From NCBI GenBank assembly GCA_016196885.1, contig JACPWU010000018.1, positions 1 to 26,169 on the forward strand: a DNA stretch of 26,169 nt, in the 5' to 3' direction. The notes beneath the pieces were generated by a model. The model did not search any database and was not told the origin of the DNA. It worked only from the letters and a program-made list of their open reading frames with translations. The stretch comes from Chlamydiota bacterium (GTDB taxonomy: Bacteria > Auribacterota > JACPWU01). Below are positions 9,475 to 16,554 of the stretch, one piece after another; position 1 is the stretch's first letter, and every line of letters starts with the position of its first letter. A program made the translations under genes and the position numbers.

Positions 9475-9597
9475 GACCTCTGAAAAAGGCCCATCTGCTT
9501 CGTTGCCTGCTTCGCTTAGTCGTGCGGCGTACTGGAAAACGTACGCCTCCTCCTTCGCTCGCAGGCGCCTTGCATCTGGGACCTTTTTGAGAGGTCT
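9474..9597. repeat. 124-nt imperfect palindrome (trpD-trpC spacer)
   Basis: Outer pairing is AGACCTCT (9474-9481) with AGAGGTCT (9590-9597) and AAAAAGG (9483-9489) with CCTTTTT (9582-9588). Further in, GCCTGC pairs with GCAGGC (9505-9510/9561-9566). The central hairpin is GGCGTAC-tggaaaac-GTACGCC (9527-9547). Confidence 0.7.
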
Positions 9598-9632
9598 TTA
9601 GAAATAAGAGTTTTTTAGAGGTTAAAAACCAT

Positions 9633-10421
9633 ATGTCAGTTTCATTTTTAGAAGAAATTATTCATCACAAAAGAATTGAAATAGAAGAGAGAAAAAGAAA
9701 TCTCTCCTTAGAAAATTTGATGACAGATGCCAATCTCAAAGTTAAAAGGGCTGATTTTGAGAAGGCGATCACTCGCCAGCCAGGTGGGCCTTTGCGGTTG
9801 ATTGCTGAGATTAAAAAGGCATCGCCTTCAAAGGGACTGCTTCGGAAAGATTTTCATCCGACGCAAATTGCCCAAACTTACGAGAAATATGGGGCTCATG
9901 CAATTTCTGTTTTAACGGATGAAAAATATTTTCAGGGGAGTTTGGATGATTTAAAGGCAGTTTCGGAAGTGGTTTCGCTGCCCTTGCTCAGAAAAGATTT
10001 TATTTTAGATGCATATCAAATTTATGAGGCAAAAGCTTATGGAACCAGTGCCATTTTATTGATTGTGGCCGCTTTGGAGAAAAATGAGTTGTCTTTGCTC
10101 TTGAAAGAAGCTGGGAAAATGGGTCTTTCTGTTTTGACGGAAGTTCATGATGAAAAGGAACTTGAAATTGCTTTGGAAGTAGGTGCAAACCTAATAGGGA
10201 TTAACAATCGAAATTTAAAAACTTTTGAAGTTGATTTAAAGAATTGTGGGAAGTTGATCCCAAAAATTCCCAAAGGAAAAAGAATCGTGATTGAGAGTGG
10301 CATTTTGAAACGGCAAGATGTGCTTTGGGTGGAGAGTCTTCCCGTAGATGCAATTTTGGTAGGTGAGGCGTTTATGCAGGCTCAGGATATGGGTGCAAAA
10401 ATAAGGGAGTTGATGCATTAA
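9633..10421 (+). CDS. trpC: indole-3-glycerol-phosphate synthase
   Basis: 262 aa with EIKKASPSKG and LRKDF motifs. Confidence 0.93.
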   Translation: MSVSFLEEIIHHKRIEIEERKRNLSLENLMTDANLKVKRADFEKAITRQPGGPLRLIAEIKKASPSKGLLRKDFHPTQIAQTYEKYGAHAISVLTDEKYFQGSLDDLKAVSEVVSLPLLRKDFILDAYQIYEAKAYGTSAILLIVAALEKNELSLLLKEAGKMGLSVLTEVHDEKELEIALEVGANLIGINNRNLKTFEVDLKNCGKLIPKIPKGKRIVIESGILKRQDVLWVESLPVDAILVGEAFMQAQDMGAKIRELMH

Positions 10422-10453
10422 ACGGACGACGATCGACGAACGACGAGATACGG
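10422..10453. repeat. tandem degenerate heptads ACGNNNN x5
   Basis: The units are ACGGACG ACGATCG ACGAACG ACGAGAT ACGG.., starting one base after the trpC stop and ending 8 nt before the trpF ATG. Confidence 0.6.
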
Positions 10454-10460
10454 TTTTTTT

Positions 10461-11075
10461 ATGGTGAAAGTCAAAATTTGCGGCATTACCAATTTAGAGG
10501 ATGCGCTTCAAGCAGTTGAAGCGGGCGCAGACGCTTTGGGTTTTAATTTTTATTCAAAGAGTCCGAGATGTTTGACTTCTAAACAGGCAAAGGAAATAAT
10601 GAGTCAGCTTCCCCCTTTTGTGACGTGCGTGGGTGTTTTTGTGAATGCAAAAAGGGAGGATGTTCAAAAAATTGTTGAAGAAACAGGAATAGAGATTGTT
10701 CAATTTCATGGGGATGAAAGACCGCAAGATTGTGAGCCGTTTTCGCGGGCGATGAAGGCTTTTAGAGTGGAAGATAAAATAGGGGATGTAAAATTATATG
10801 ATGGCATTTCTGCCATTCTGTTGGACGCATCCCATCAGGGAGACTACGGCGGTACGGGGAAAACATTTGATTGGAAGAAGGCAGAGCCTTTTCAAAAACT
10901 GGGAAAACCTTTGATTCTCTCAGGGGGGCTGGGTCCAGATAATGTCATGGAGGCTGTCCAAAAAGTAAGACCGTACGCAGTAGATGCGTGCAGTCGTTTA
11001 GAAGATTCGCCGGGCAAAAAGAATCATGAGTATATCAGGCTCTTCATCCGAAGGGCGAAAGAGGCCATAGAATGA
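10461..11075 (+). CDS. trpF: phosphoribosylanthranilate isomerase
   Basis: 204 aa with N-terminal VKICGIT and a C-terminal SGGL pattern. Confidence 0.9.
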   Translation: MVKVKICGITNLEDALQAVEAGADALGFNFYSKSPRCLTSKQAKEIMSQLPPFVTCVGVFVNAKREDVQKIVEETGIEIVQFHGDERPQDCEPFSRAMKAFRVEDKIGDVKLYDGISAILLDASHQGDYGGTGKTFDWKKAEPFQKLGKPLILSGGLGPDNVMEAVQKVRPYAVDACSRLEDSPGKKNHEYIRLFIRRAKEAIE

Positions 11076-11078
11076 TCG

Positions 11079-11349
11079 TGTATTTAAAAGTGTGTCCTTT
11101 TAAGAGGAGGCGGGTCCTGTCCCTCCTCACCCAGCAAGGCAGGTTTTTCTGCCGGTGGCAGAAAAACCTACCGCGGTAGTAAATGTTATTTTTCGTTTAT
11201 CAACTGACGGCACAGAGGTTATAGCCCCTGTGGGGTCGGTCTCGGTTTGGTTTTTGAAGAGTCATTTTCAAGTCTCGACCTGCTGGCGATCAGCGGGGGA
11301 CCCCCAGTCGGGCCACCCGCATCCATAAAAGGACACACTTTTAAATACA
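11079..11349. other. unclassified GC-rich structured element bounded by perfect 24-bp inverted repeats (candidate ncRNA or MITE/PATE-like element)
   Basis: TGTATTTAAAAGTGTGTCCTTTTA (11079-11102) is the exact reverse complement of 11326-11349. Each arm is itself a 7-bp hairpin (TTAAAAG-tgtgtc-CTTTTAA). The interior holds a perfect 13-bp hairpin (11141-11153/11157-11169), a 7-bp hairpin (11104-11110/11122-11128) and a 7-of-8 hairpin (11211-11218/11225-11232). GCATCCATA is directly repeated at 11319-11327 and 11350-11358, flanking the right arm. Confidence 0.7.
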
Positions 11350-11360
11350 GCATCCATAGA

Positions 11361-11394
11361 ATATCTCTAGTAAATTTTAATTTACTAGAGATAT
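11361..11394. promoter_or_regulatory. perfect 16-bp-arm palindrome (candidate operator)
   Basis: ATATCTCTAGTAAATT-tt-AATTTACTAGAGATAT. The right half overlaps the -35 of the putative ATPase promoter. Confidence 0.55.
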
Positions 11395-11410
11395 GTATTT
11401 GTGGTAATAT
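11382..11410 (+). promoter_or_regulatory. putative sigma70-type promoter of the inserted ATPase gene
   Basis: TTACTA (11382-11387), a 17-nt spacer, then TAATAT (11405-11410) preceded by TGG (extended -10 like). It lies 22 nt upstream of the ATG, with AGAGG in between. Confidence 0.45.
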
Positions 11411-11431
11411 ATTATTTACCAGAGGTATTCT

Positions 11432-12871
11432 ATGGCGATGGATGGGGAAAAAAAGGAAAAGATCTTTCGGTTTTTGCAAGACCAAATTGCGGAGGCTCCG
11501 TTCCGTATCAAGGCCTATGTTTTGGACGAGGAAGGTAAGGAGCATCCTCGGCGTGAGGTTTTTGGAAAGCTCCATGGATTTATGGGAGATTTTCTTAAAC
11601 GGCCTTCGGGAGCCAGGTGCTTTGTCCTGACAGGACTGAGGGGGGCTGGGAAGACAACCCTTTTGGCTCAGCTTTATCATGAGAGCCCTGATCGGGATAT
11701 TTATAAGCTCTATCTTTCTGTAGATCAGATGGTTTCTCTTTTGGAGGTTTCTCTTCAAGAGGTTCTCGATGTCTACGAGGAGTTGATTTCAGTGGCCTTT
11801 GAAAGGCTCGATCAACCTCTGGTCCTTTTCTTGGATGAGATTCAGTACGATCCCAAATGGGGGATGGTTCTCAAGAGTTTGTACGATCGCTCTCGAAAGG
11901 TTTTTGTTTTTGCAACAGGTTCATCGGCTCTGCTTCTCCAGACAAATGCGGATGTCGCAAGGCGGGCTATTTTTGAAAAGTTGTTTCCATTGAGATTCAC
12001 AGAGTATGCTCGGATTAAACATGGGCAAGAGGAGGTTTCTGGATTAGGGGCGGAGCTTCAAAGTGCCCTTTTTAAATCTTTGACTTCAGAGGAAGTTTAT
12101 CTTCGCTTGAAGTCTAAAGAGGGGCTGGTTCGGGGCTATTGGAGTCATATTGAGAGACTGGAGCTGGATCGCTATTTGCGATGTGGGTCGCTTCCCTACA
12201 TGCTGAGTTTGAAAAATGAGGCATGGGTTTACGATCAGATTAAAAAGACTTTGGATCGTGTCGTAAGTGTGGATATGGCTCAGCATGGAAAATTTTCATC
12301 TGAGGTTATTTCAAAGGTTCCTGGAATCTTATACAGGATTGCAGATTCAGGTGAACTCAGTTTGACGCGTCTTTGTCAGACGGTAGAAATCAGCAAGCCC
12401 AAGTTGATGGAGATTCTGGATGTTTTAGAAAAAACAGAGGTCCTGCTCAGGGTTTACCCTTATGGTTCTCACACCGTGCAGGTTCGTAAGCCCTCTAAAT
12501 ATCTTTTTGGCGCTCCGGCTTTTCGGGCGATGTATTTTAATTTTGTTGGGAGTATTCGCTCTCAAGGGGAGGAGATGGGGAAATTATGGGAGGATACGGT
12601 CGGGATGTATCTGACCATTTTCTTGGCGAAAAAGATCCATACGTTCTTGAGTTACGACAGTGCTCAGGGGGGAGCAGATTTCATTGTTGGATTTGGGAAA
12701 GAAAGAATCATTCTCGAGGTGGGCAGTGGCAATAAAGGATTTGAACAAATTACTCAGACTTCGAAAAAAGTTTCAGCCAAGTATGGATTGGTGGTTTCAC
12801 GGGACACTTTGATGCATGCTCGCGATGCGAATGTGGTCAGGGTTCCTCTGGAATTTTTTTTATTGATGTGA
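11432..12871 (+). CDS. AAA+ ATPase, AAA_14-like N-domain plus DUF4143-like C-domain (COG1373-type)
   Basis: 479 aa with Walker A (GLRGAGKTT), a family-typical Walker B region (LFLDEIQYDPKWGMVLKSLYD) and a C-terminal GGADFIV...ILEVGSG core. AGAGG lies 6 nt upstream of the ATG, and the gene has its own promoter-like sequence. It interrupts trpF/trpB. Confidence 0.8.
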   Translation: MAMDGEKKEKIFRFLQDQIAEAPFRIKAYVLDEEGKEHPRREVFGKLHGFMGDFLKRPSGARCFVLTGLRGAGKTTLLAQLYHESPDRDIYKLYLSVDQMVSLLEVSLQEVLDVYEELISVAFERLDQPLVLFLDEIQYDPKWGMVLKSLYDRSRKVFVFATGSSALLLQTNADVARRAIFEKLFPLRFTEYARIKHGQEEVSGLGAELQSALFKSLTSEEVYLRLKSKEGLVRGYWSHIERLELDRYLRCGSLPYMLSLKNEAWVYDQIKKTLDRVVSVDMAQHGKFSSEVISKVPGILYRIADSGELSLTRLCQTVEISKPKLMEILDVLEKTEVLLRVYPYGSHTVQVRKPSKYLFGAPAFRAMYFNFVGSIRSQGEEMGKLWEDTVGMYLTIFLAKKIHTFLSYDSAQGGADFIVGFGKERIILEVGSGNKGFEQITQTSKKVSAKYGLVVSRDTLMHARDANVVRVPLEFFLLM

Positions 12872-12921
12872 TGAGAAACATACATGACTTTCAGTCACAA
12901 AGGGGGATGAAAATCACCCTT

Positions 12922-12966
12922 GTAGTCGCCCCATTTATGGGGCTGCCCGATGAATCGGGCGACTAC
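12922..12966. repeat. REP-like GTAG...CTAC element with two internal hairpins
   Basis: The outer stem GTAGTCGC (12922-12929) with GCGACTAC (12959-12966) encloses CCCCA-ttta-TGGGG (12929-12942) and GCCCGA-tgaa-TCGGGC (12945-12960). The helices share edge bases, so not all can form at full length together. Confidence 0.6.
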
Positions 12967-13013
12967 AATTCATCATAACTTATTGTATAAGAACAACTAA
13001 AGACTATTTTCAG

Positions 13014-14252
13014 ATGAAATGCGGGTTAGGGGGTTGCTTGAAAAAATTTAAAGATCGTTATCCCGATAGGGAGGGTCATTTCGCGAGTTTTGGGGGCAGA
13101 TTTGCCCCTGAAACGTTGATGACAGCTCTTGAAGAGTTAGATCTGGAGTATGAAAAGACAAAGAAGGATAAGGGCTTCCAAAAGCTTTTGGATTATTACC
13201 TCAAACAATTTGTGGGACGTCCAACCCCTCTTTATTTTGCTGAACGCTTGTCTAAAGAATTAGATGCGAAAATTTATTTAAAGCGTGAGGATTTATGTCA
13301 CACGGGTGCCCATAAAATCAACAACACCTTGGGGCAGATTTTATTGACTCAGAGAATGGGCAAAAAAAGGGTCATTGCAGAAACGGGTGCTGGACAGCAT
13401 GGCGTCGCGACGGCGACAGTGGCTGCACTTTTTGGTTTGAAGGCCACTGTTTATATGGGGTGCCAGGATATGGAACGTCAGGCCCTGAATGTTTTTCGCA
13501 TGAGACTTTTGGGAACAGAAGTGATTCCTGTGAAGACGGGCTCTTGTACCTTAAAGGATGCTATTAATGAGGCGATGCGAGATTGGGTCACAAATGTTAG
13601 AACCTCCCATTATATTTTAGGTTCTGTGGCGGGTCCACATCCCTTTCCAAAAATAGTGCGGGATTTTCAGAGGGTGATTGGCCGTGAGGCACGTGAGCAA
13701 ATTAAGAAAGAAGAGGGACGTCTTCCTCATTTTCTGGTAGCTTGCGTGGGGGGAGGTTCTAATTCTATAGGTCTTTTTTATGAATTTTTAGACGATACCT
13801 CTGTCAAAATGATTGGAGTCGAAGCGGGAGGCCTCGGTGTAGAAACGGGTCAGCATGCTGCTCGATTTGCCGGAGGCTCGGTGGGTGTTTTTCAAGGGTC
13901 GAGAAGTTTTGTTTTACAAAATGGAGAGGGGCAAATTTTAACGACGCATTCTGTTTCAGCAGGACTAGATTATGCTGGGGTGGGTCCAGAGCATAGTTTC
14001 TTGAGAGAATGTGGGCGCGTAGAATATGAAAACATCAAGGATGACGAGGCGCTAACTGCTTTTTCAAAATTGGCTCATTTAGAGGGGATTATTCCTGCTC
14101 TAGAATCCGCACATGCGATTGCCTATCTCTTTAAGATGAAGAAGTCTCAGCGGAAGGGAAAAATCTTTATTGTGAATTTGTCGGGACGGGGAGATAAAGA
14201 TGTTCAGGTGGCATCACAGGCCTTAAATCTAAAAATGAATGGAAACGAATGA
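13014..14252 (+). CDS. trpB: tryptophan synthase beta chain
   Basis: 412 aa with the PLP-Lys motif HTGAHKINN and GGGSN. The stop overlaps the trpA start (ATGA). Confidence 0.95.
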   Translation: MKCGLGGCLKKFKDRYPDREGHFASFGGRFAPETLMTALEELDLEYEKTKKDKGFQKLLDYYLKQFVGRPTPLYFAERLSKELDAKIYLKREDLCHTGAHKINNTLGQILLTQRMGKKRVIAETGAGQHGVATATVAALFGLKATVYMGCQDMERQALNVFRMRLLGTEVIPVKTGSCTLKDAINEAMRDWVTNVRTSHYILGSVAGPHPFPKIVRDFQRVIGREAREQIKKEEGRLPHFLVACVGGGSNSIGLFYEFLDDTSVKMIGVEAGGLGVETGQHAARFAGGSVGVFQGSRSFVLQNGEGQILTTHSVSAGLDYAGVGPEHSFLRECGRVEYENIKDDEALTAFSKLAHLEGIIPALESAHAIAYLFKMKKSQRKGKIFIVNLSGRGDKDVQVASQALNLKMNGNE

Positions 14253-15046
14253 GTCGAATTGAAAAGAAATTTTTAGAATTAAAAAAATCAGGGCGCAAAG
14301 GGCTTATTACCTATATTGCCGCGGGTGACCCTGATTTGTCCAAAACCATTGATCTGGTCAAGTCTTTTGAAGATGCCGGAGTCGATTTTGTAGAACTTGG
14401 AATCCCTTTTTCAGATCCTTTGGCGGATGGGGCCGTGAATCAAATGGCTGCGGACAGGGCTTTAAAATCAGGAACCACGCTAAAGAAAATTTTTGCTGCG
14501 GTCATTGAAATTCGAAAATCAGTTCATTTGCCGATTATTTTCTTCACGTATTTAAATCCCATTTTGAAATATGGCCTTGAAAATTTTGCCAGAGAGGCTG
14601 CTCAAGCGGGGGTAGATGGTGTTTTGGCTTTGGATCTGCCTCCTGAAGAGTCTGATGAATATAAGAAGCTGATGAATAAACATCATTTGGATACGATTTT
14701 TTTAGTAACGCCCACAAGTTCGATCCATCGAATGAAATTGATTGCCTCTAAAGCGACAGGGTTTATTTATTGTGTCTCCAGAACGGGAGTGACCGGGATG
14801 CAGCAGGAAATTTCAAAAGAGGTTCCGTCTTTGATTAAACGCATTAAGAGTGTTTCTGATTTACCTGTGGCGATTGGCTTCGGCGTTTCAAATGGTGAAC
14901 AGGTGAGACAATTGTCAAAATATGCAGATGCAGTTGTAGTAGGAAGTGCGATTGTGAAAAAGATTGAAGAAAATGTGAGTCGTTCTCATTTGTTGGGTGA
15001 AGTGACAAATTTTGTGAGAGATTTAGCGGTGGGTCTTCATGGATAA
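14249..15046 (+). CDS. trpA: tryptophan synthase alpha chain
   Basis: 265 aa with the [13 protein letters not shown] motif. Confidence 0.95.
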   Translation: MSRIEKKFLELKKSGRKGLITYIAAGDPDLSKTIDLVKSFEDAGVDFVELGIPFSDPLADGAVNQMAADRALKSGTTLKKIFAAVIEIRKSVHLPIIFFTYLNPILKYGLENFAREAAQAGVDGVLALDLPPEESDEYKKLMNKHHLDTIFLVTPTSSIHRMKLIASKATGFIYCVSRTGVTGMQQEISKEVPSLIKRIKSVSDLPVAIGFGVSNGEQVRQLSKYADAVVVGSAIVKKIEENVSRSHLLGEVTNFVRDLAVGLHG

Positions 15047-16130
15047 GAGTAAAAATCTTTACGCGGTTATCATGGCCGGCGGGGTGGGTGAGCGGTTTTG
15101 GCCCCAGAGTCGCCAGCATATTCCGAAACAGTTTCTTAAGATTTTAGGTTCTCGAACCTTGATTCAGAAAACAGTGGAGAGGATTGCGCCGCTTATTCCC
15201 ATGGAACGGGTGTGGGTGGTTTCCAATCAAAAACATGAATCTTTGATTCGGTCTCAGTTGCCAAAGCTTAAAAAGAATCAAATTTTGTTAGAACCTTTTG
15301 GCAAAAATACGGCTCCTTGCATTGGCTTGGCTGTAGCTTTTCTTAACAAAATAGATCCTGAAGGGATCATGGTTGTTTTACCCGCGGATCATCTGATTCG
15401 AGATGAAAAAGAATTTTTGAAGATGTTAAAGGCTGCTGCCGATATAGCCGATCAAGAAGAAAGTTTGGTGACACTGGGGATTAAGCCTGAAGAGCCTGAA
15501 ACGGGGTATGGGTATATTCATTTTGGAAAGCCGATTAAGAAGGGTGCAAATACTCCATTCTTCCATGTTCAAAAATTTGTGGAGAAGCCAACCCTTCAAA
15601 AGGCAAAGGCGTATCTTAAAGATGGACATTATCTATGGAACAGTGGCATGTTTGTGTGGAGGGTGAAAACGATTCTGAAGGCTTTTCAAGAGCATTTACC
15701 TCAGGTGTACGAACCTTTAGAAGAATTTAAGAAGGCAATTGGAACGAGGGGTGAGAAAAAGGCCATTTTGAAAATGTATGAAGCTGTTCCTAAAGTTTCG
15801 ATTGATTATGGCGTGATGGAAAAGGCAGCCAGCATTTTAGTTGGTTCGGGCGATTTTGGTTGGGACGATTTGGGCGCTTGGCCTGGGCTTGAACGGCATT
15901 TGAAAAAGGACAATCAAGGCAATGTGGCCCGAGGAGCGTTTGTCTCAGTAGACGCGGACAATTCAATTGTTTTGAGTCAAGACGGGATTGTGGCTCTTTT
16001 GGGAGTTAAAAATCTTGTGGTTGTGAAAACCAAAGATGCAGTGCTGGTGATGGGCAAAGACCGTGCTCAGGATGTGAAGGCGGTACTTGAAAAGATGAAA
16101 GGGTGTGCAGAGTATAAGAAATACTTGTGA
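15039..16130 (+). CDS. manC: mannose-1-phosphate guanylyltransferase (no PMI domain)
   Basis: 363 aa with an N-terminal nucleotidyltransferase loop (AGGVGERFWP) and GYGYI. The start overlaps the trpA end by 8 nt. Confidence 0.85.
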   Translation: MDKSKNLYAVIMAGGVGERFWPQSRQHIPKQFLKILGSRTLIQKTVERIAPLIPMERVWVVSNQKHESLIRSQLPKLKKNQILLEPFGKNTAPCIGLAVAFLNKIDPEGIMVVLPADHLIRDEKEFLKMLKAAADIADQEESLVTLGIKPEEPETGYGYIHFGKPIKKGANTPFFHVQKFVEKPTLQKAKAYLKDGHYLWNSGMFVWRVKTILKAFQEHLPQVYEPLEEFKKAIGTRGEKKAILKMYEAVPKVSIDYGVMEKAASILVGSGDFGWDDLGAWPGLERHLKKDNQGNVARGAFVSVDADNSIVLSQDGIVALLGVKNLVVVKTKDAVLVMGKDRAQDVKAVLEKMKGCAEYKKYL

Positions 16131-16134
16131 TTTT

Positions 16135-16554
16135 ATGATTATTCTCGCGTTAGACTTTGGTGAAAAAAGAATTGGAATGGCAGTGAGTGATTCCTTGGGA
16201 ATCATTGCGGTTGGACTTTCGACCTTGGAACGCAAGGATGAGGCGTCGGATTTAGCCGCGATTGATGAAGTGGCTAGAGAGAGAAAGGTTGAAAAAATCG
16301 TTTTGGGTATGCCTCTTCACATGAGTGGGAGGGAAGGAATCAAGGCAAAGGAGGTTTTGGCGTTTAAGGAAATCTTGTCATCAAAGACAGGGCTTCCCAT
16401 TGATTTATACGATGAGAGGCTTACCACAGTTCAGGCCGAGCGAGTCCTTTTGGAGGCGGATCTCTCGAGGGAAAAGAGGAAAGGGAAGAGAGATCAATTG
16501 GCTGCACAAATTATTTTACAAAGTTATTTAGAGAGGATGAGAGGCATAGAATGA
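16135..16554 (+). CDS. ruvX: Holliday junction resolvase-like / pre-16S rRNA nuclease YqgF
   Basis: The family N-terminus ILALDFGEKRIGMAVSD begins at ATG 16135. The track ORF start at 16105 would overlap manC by 26 nt. The stop overlaps the next gene (ATGA). Confidence 0.88.
   Translation: MIILALDFGEKRIGMAVSDSLGIIAVGLSTLERKDEASDLAAIDEVARERKVEKIVLGMPLHMSGREGIKAKEVLAFKEILSSKTGLPIDLYDERLTTVQAERVLLEADLSREKRKGKRDQLAAQIILQSYLERMRGIE

Noticed and set aside
3425-10463. A recurrent (A/T/G)ACGAG(A/C) motif just upstream of several start codons that lack a Shine-Dalgarno (hisH, trpE, trpG, trpF). It might be an alternative translation-initiation signal.
   Set aside because: At 3 of the 4 sites the motif is simply the last unit of an ACGANNN-type heptad array. 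Its distance to the ATG varies from 2 to 12 nt, and the shared 11-mer CGATATACGAG (3426-3436, 6201-6211) is within chance expectation. The evidence is insufficient.
11104-11325. A 74-codon stop-free frame that exactly fills the interior of the 24-bp-IR element. It is bounded by TAA codons inside both arms, with an internal GTG at 11154.
   Set aside because: There is no ATG and no Shine-Dalgarno, and the translation resembles nothing I recognise. Stop-free runs of this length are not rare in GC-rich segments. I keep it only as an alternative to test, for example by Ribo-seq.
11219-11758. The 179-aa minus-strand ORF and the 127-aa plus-strand ORF (11247-11630) that cover the structured element and the 5' end of the ATPase gene.
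   Set aside because: Both overlap the well-supported ATPase CDS or the palindromic non-coding element. Their openness is explained by local GC richness, and neither has an RBS or recognisable domain.
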